Part shown: in pieces, positions 33,056 through 34,074 of the stretch
How positions within the stretch are numbered: position 1 is the stretch's first letter
How the letters are laid out: the number at the start of each line of letters is the position of its first letter
Assembly (NCBI GenBank): GCA_050735855.1
Contig: JBOHWA010000449.1
Span: 1-34,074, forward strand
Source: Candidatus Binatia bacterium
GTDB taxonomy: Bacteria; Desulfobacterota; Binatia; HRBIN30; CADEER01
Direction: 5' to 3'
DNA length: 34,074 bases
Made by a program: the position numbers and the translations under genes
The notes under the pieces: generated by a model
Databases searched by the model: none
Seen by the model: only the letters and a program-made list of their open reading frames with translations
Told to the model about the DNA's origin: nothing

Positions 33056-33982
33056 TTACGCCTGCTTCGGCGGCGCGGGGTTCTTCAACCCCTCGGCCAG
33101 GGTGACCGGCACCAACGCATCGAGCTCGTCGAGCGTCCAGCGCCCTTCCTTGTACAGCGTCTTCTCCGCCCGCGGCAGCGACAGCAGCGAGTAGGAGGTC
33201 CCGGCGCAGAGGAAGATCTGGCCGTTGACGTTGGCGGCGTGGTCGCTGGCGAGGAAGGCGACCATCGGGGCGACGTCCTCGGGCTTGAGATTCTCCAGCT
33301 GGCGCAGCGCCGATTCCTCGCGCACGATGCCCTGCGCCTTGCGGATCTCGCGCGCCTTGAGCGTCTCCTCGGTCATCGTCATGCGCGTCGCCGCCACCGG
33401 ACAGATGCTGTTGGCGGTGACGCCGTACTTGCCGAGATCGCGCGCCACCACCTTGGTCAGGCCACTGATGCCGGCCTTCGCCGCGCCGTAGTTGGCCTGG
33501 CCGGGATTGCCGAACATGCCGGCGCCCGACGAAAAAGTGATCATGCGCCCGCCGCGCTGTTGGCGGAACAGCGGCGCCGCGTGCCGCAGGCAGTTGAAGG
33601 TGCCCTTCAGGTGCACGCCGACGACGGCGTCGAACTCGTCCTCGTTCATGTTGAAGATCATCCGGTCGCGCAGAAACCCGGCACAGGTCACCATGATGTC
33701 GAGCCGGCCGAACTGCTCCACCGCCTGCTGGACGATGCGCTCGGCGCCGTCCCACGCGGCCACCGAGTCGGCGTTGGCCACGGCCTCGCCGCCAGCGCGA
33801 CGGATCTCCTCGACCACCTGTTCGGCCGGCGCGCTGCTCGGCTCGCGGCCGTCGAGGCTGACGCCATAGTCGTTGACCACCACCCGCGCCCCCTGATCGG
33901 CGAGCTCCAGGGCGACGCCGCGGCCGATCCCACGGCCGGCGCCGGTGACCACCGCCACCTTTCCGCGCAGCATCTCTCCCAC
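33056..33982 (-). CDS. SDR-family oxidoreductase, MFE-2/3-hydroxyacyl-CoA dehydrogenase-like (tandem paralog)
   Basis: TGAGRGIGRG, TCAGFLRD, SSGAGMFGNPGQANYGAAK. Collinear with the neighbouring SDR. Confidence 0.88.
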   Translation of the reverse strand: MGEMLRGKVAVVTGAGRGIGRGVALELADQGARVVVNDYGVSLDGREPSSAPAEQVVEEIRRAGGEAVANADSVAAWDGAERIVQQAVEQFGRLDIMVTCAGFLRDRMIFNMNEDEFDAVVGVHLKGTFNCLRHAAPLFRQQRGGRMITFSSGAGMFGNPGQANYGAAKAGISGLTKVVARDLGKYGVTANSICPVAATRMTMTEETLKAREIRKAQGIVREESALRQLENLKPEDVAPMVAFLASDHAANVNGQIFLCAGTSYSLLSLPRAEKTLYKEGRWTLDELDALVPVTLAEGLKNPAPPKQA

Positions 33983-34074
33983 GAATGCACTCCTCGGCTG
34001 GATTGTGAACGACGAACGACGGCGGACTCTACGCGGGCGTTCCGCACAGGGTCAAGGTGGCGGCGGAGCGACCC

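Overview
This is a high-GC window (about 70% by eye) from a diderm bacterium; I cannot place the lineage from sequence alone.

Left third (1-12.9 kb), ordinary core genes:
- A minus-strand envelope block: bamA-skp-lpxA-lpxI, lolD plus a LolC/E permease, and lysS.
- A plus-strand tRNA T-loop modification cluster: a ThiS-like TtuB, TtuA and TrmI, followed by a 5-formyl-THF cyclo-ligase-like gene.
- Two hypothetical membrane proteins and an XRE regulator.

Middle (12.95-24.1 kb), the unusual part; all genes are on the minus strand:
- Four tandem paralogous genes for secreted, cysteine-containing proteins (order D-C-B-A, 21147 down to 15916). I cannot assign them to any named family.
- Each of the four has its own strong Shine-Dalgarno site, and a textbook intrinsic terminator closes the block.
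- Two paralogous giant secreted proteins bracket the block. Each has a signal peptide, a dockerin-like Ca-loop module, a 500-570 aa alternating-threonine (T-x)n linker and a shared C-terminal Cys domain of about 200 aa.
- An orphan CheY-type receiver lies between the operon and the downstream bracket gene.
- All six secreted proteins end in a similar hydrophobic-Arg-hydrophobic-x-Pro tail.
- The four-gene block is visibly less GC-rich than its surroundings.
- I propose this as an uncharacterised extracellular or cell-surface protein system. Its function is unknown.

Right third (24.3-34 kb):
- A small membrane protein, a divergent DprA/Smf-like protein and a membrane metallophosphoesterase.
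- A GT39/PMT-like glycosyltransferase fused to a PA14-like domain.
- A fatty-acid or steroid-type catabolic set: an acyl-CoA synthetase, a MaoC hydratase and two MFE-2-type SDRs, with a degenerate TrpC-like TIM-barrel gene embedded.

Many long ORFs in the supplied track are antisense or alternate-frame artefacts of the high GC content and were rejected.
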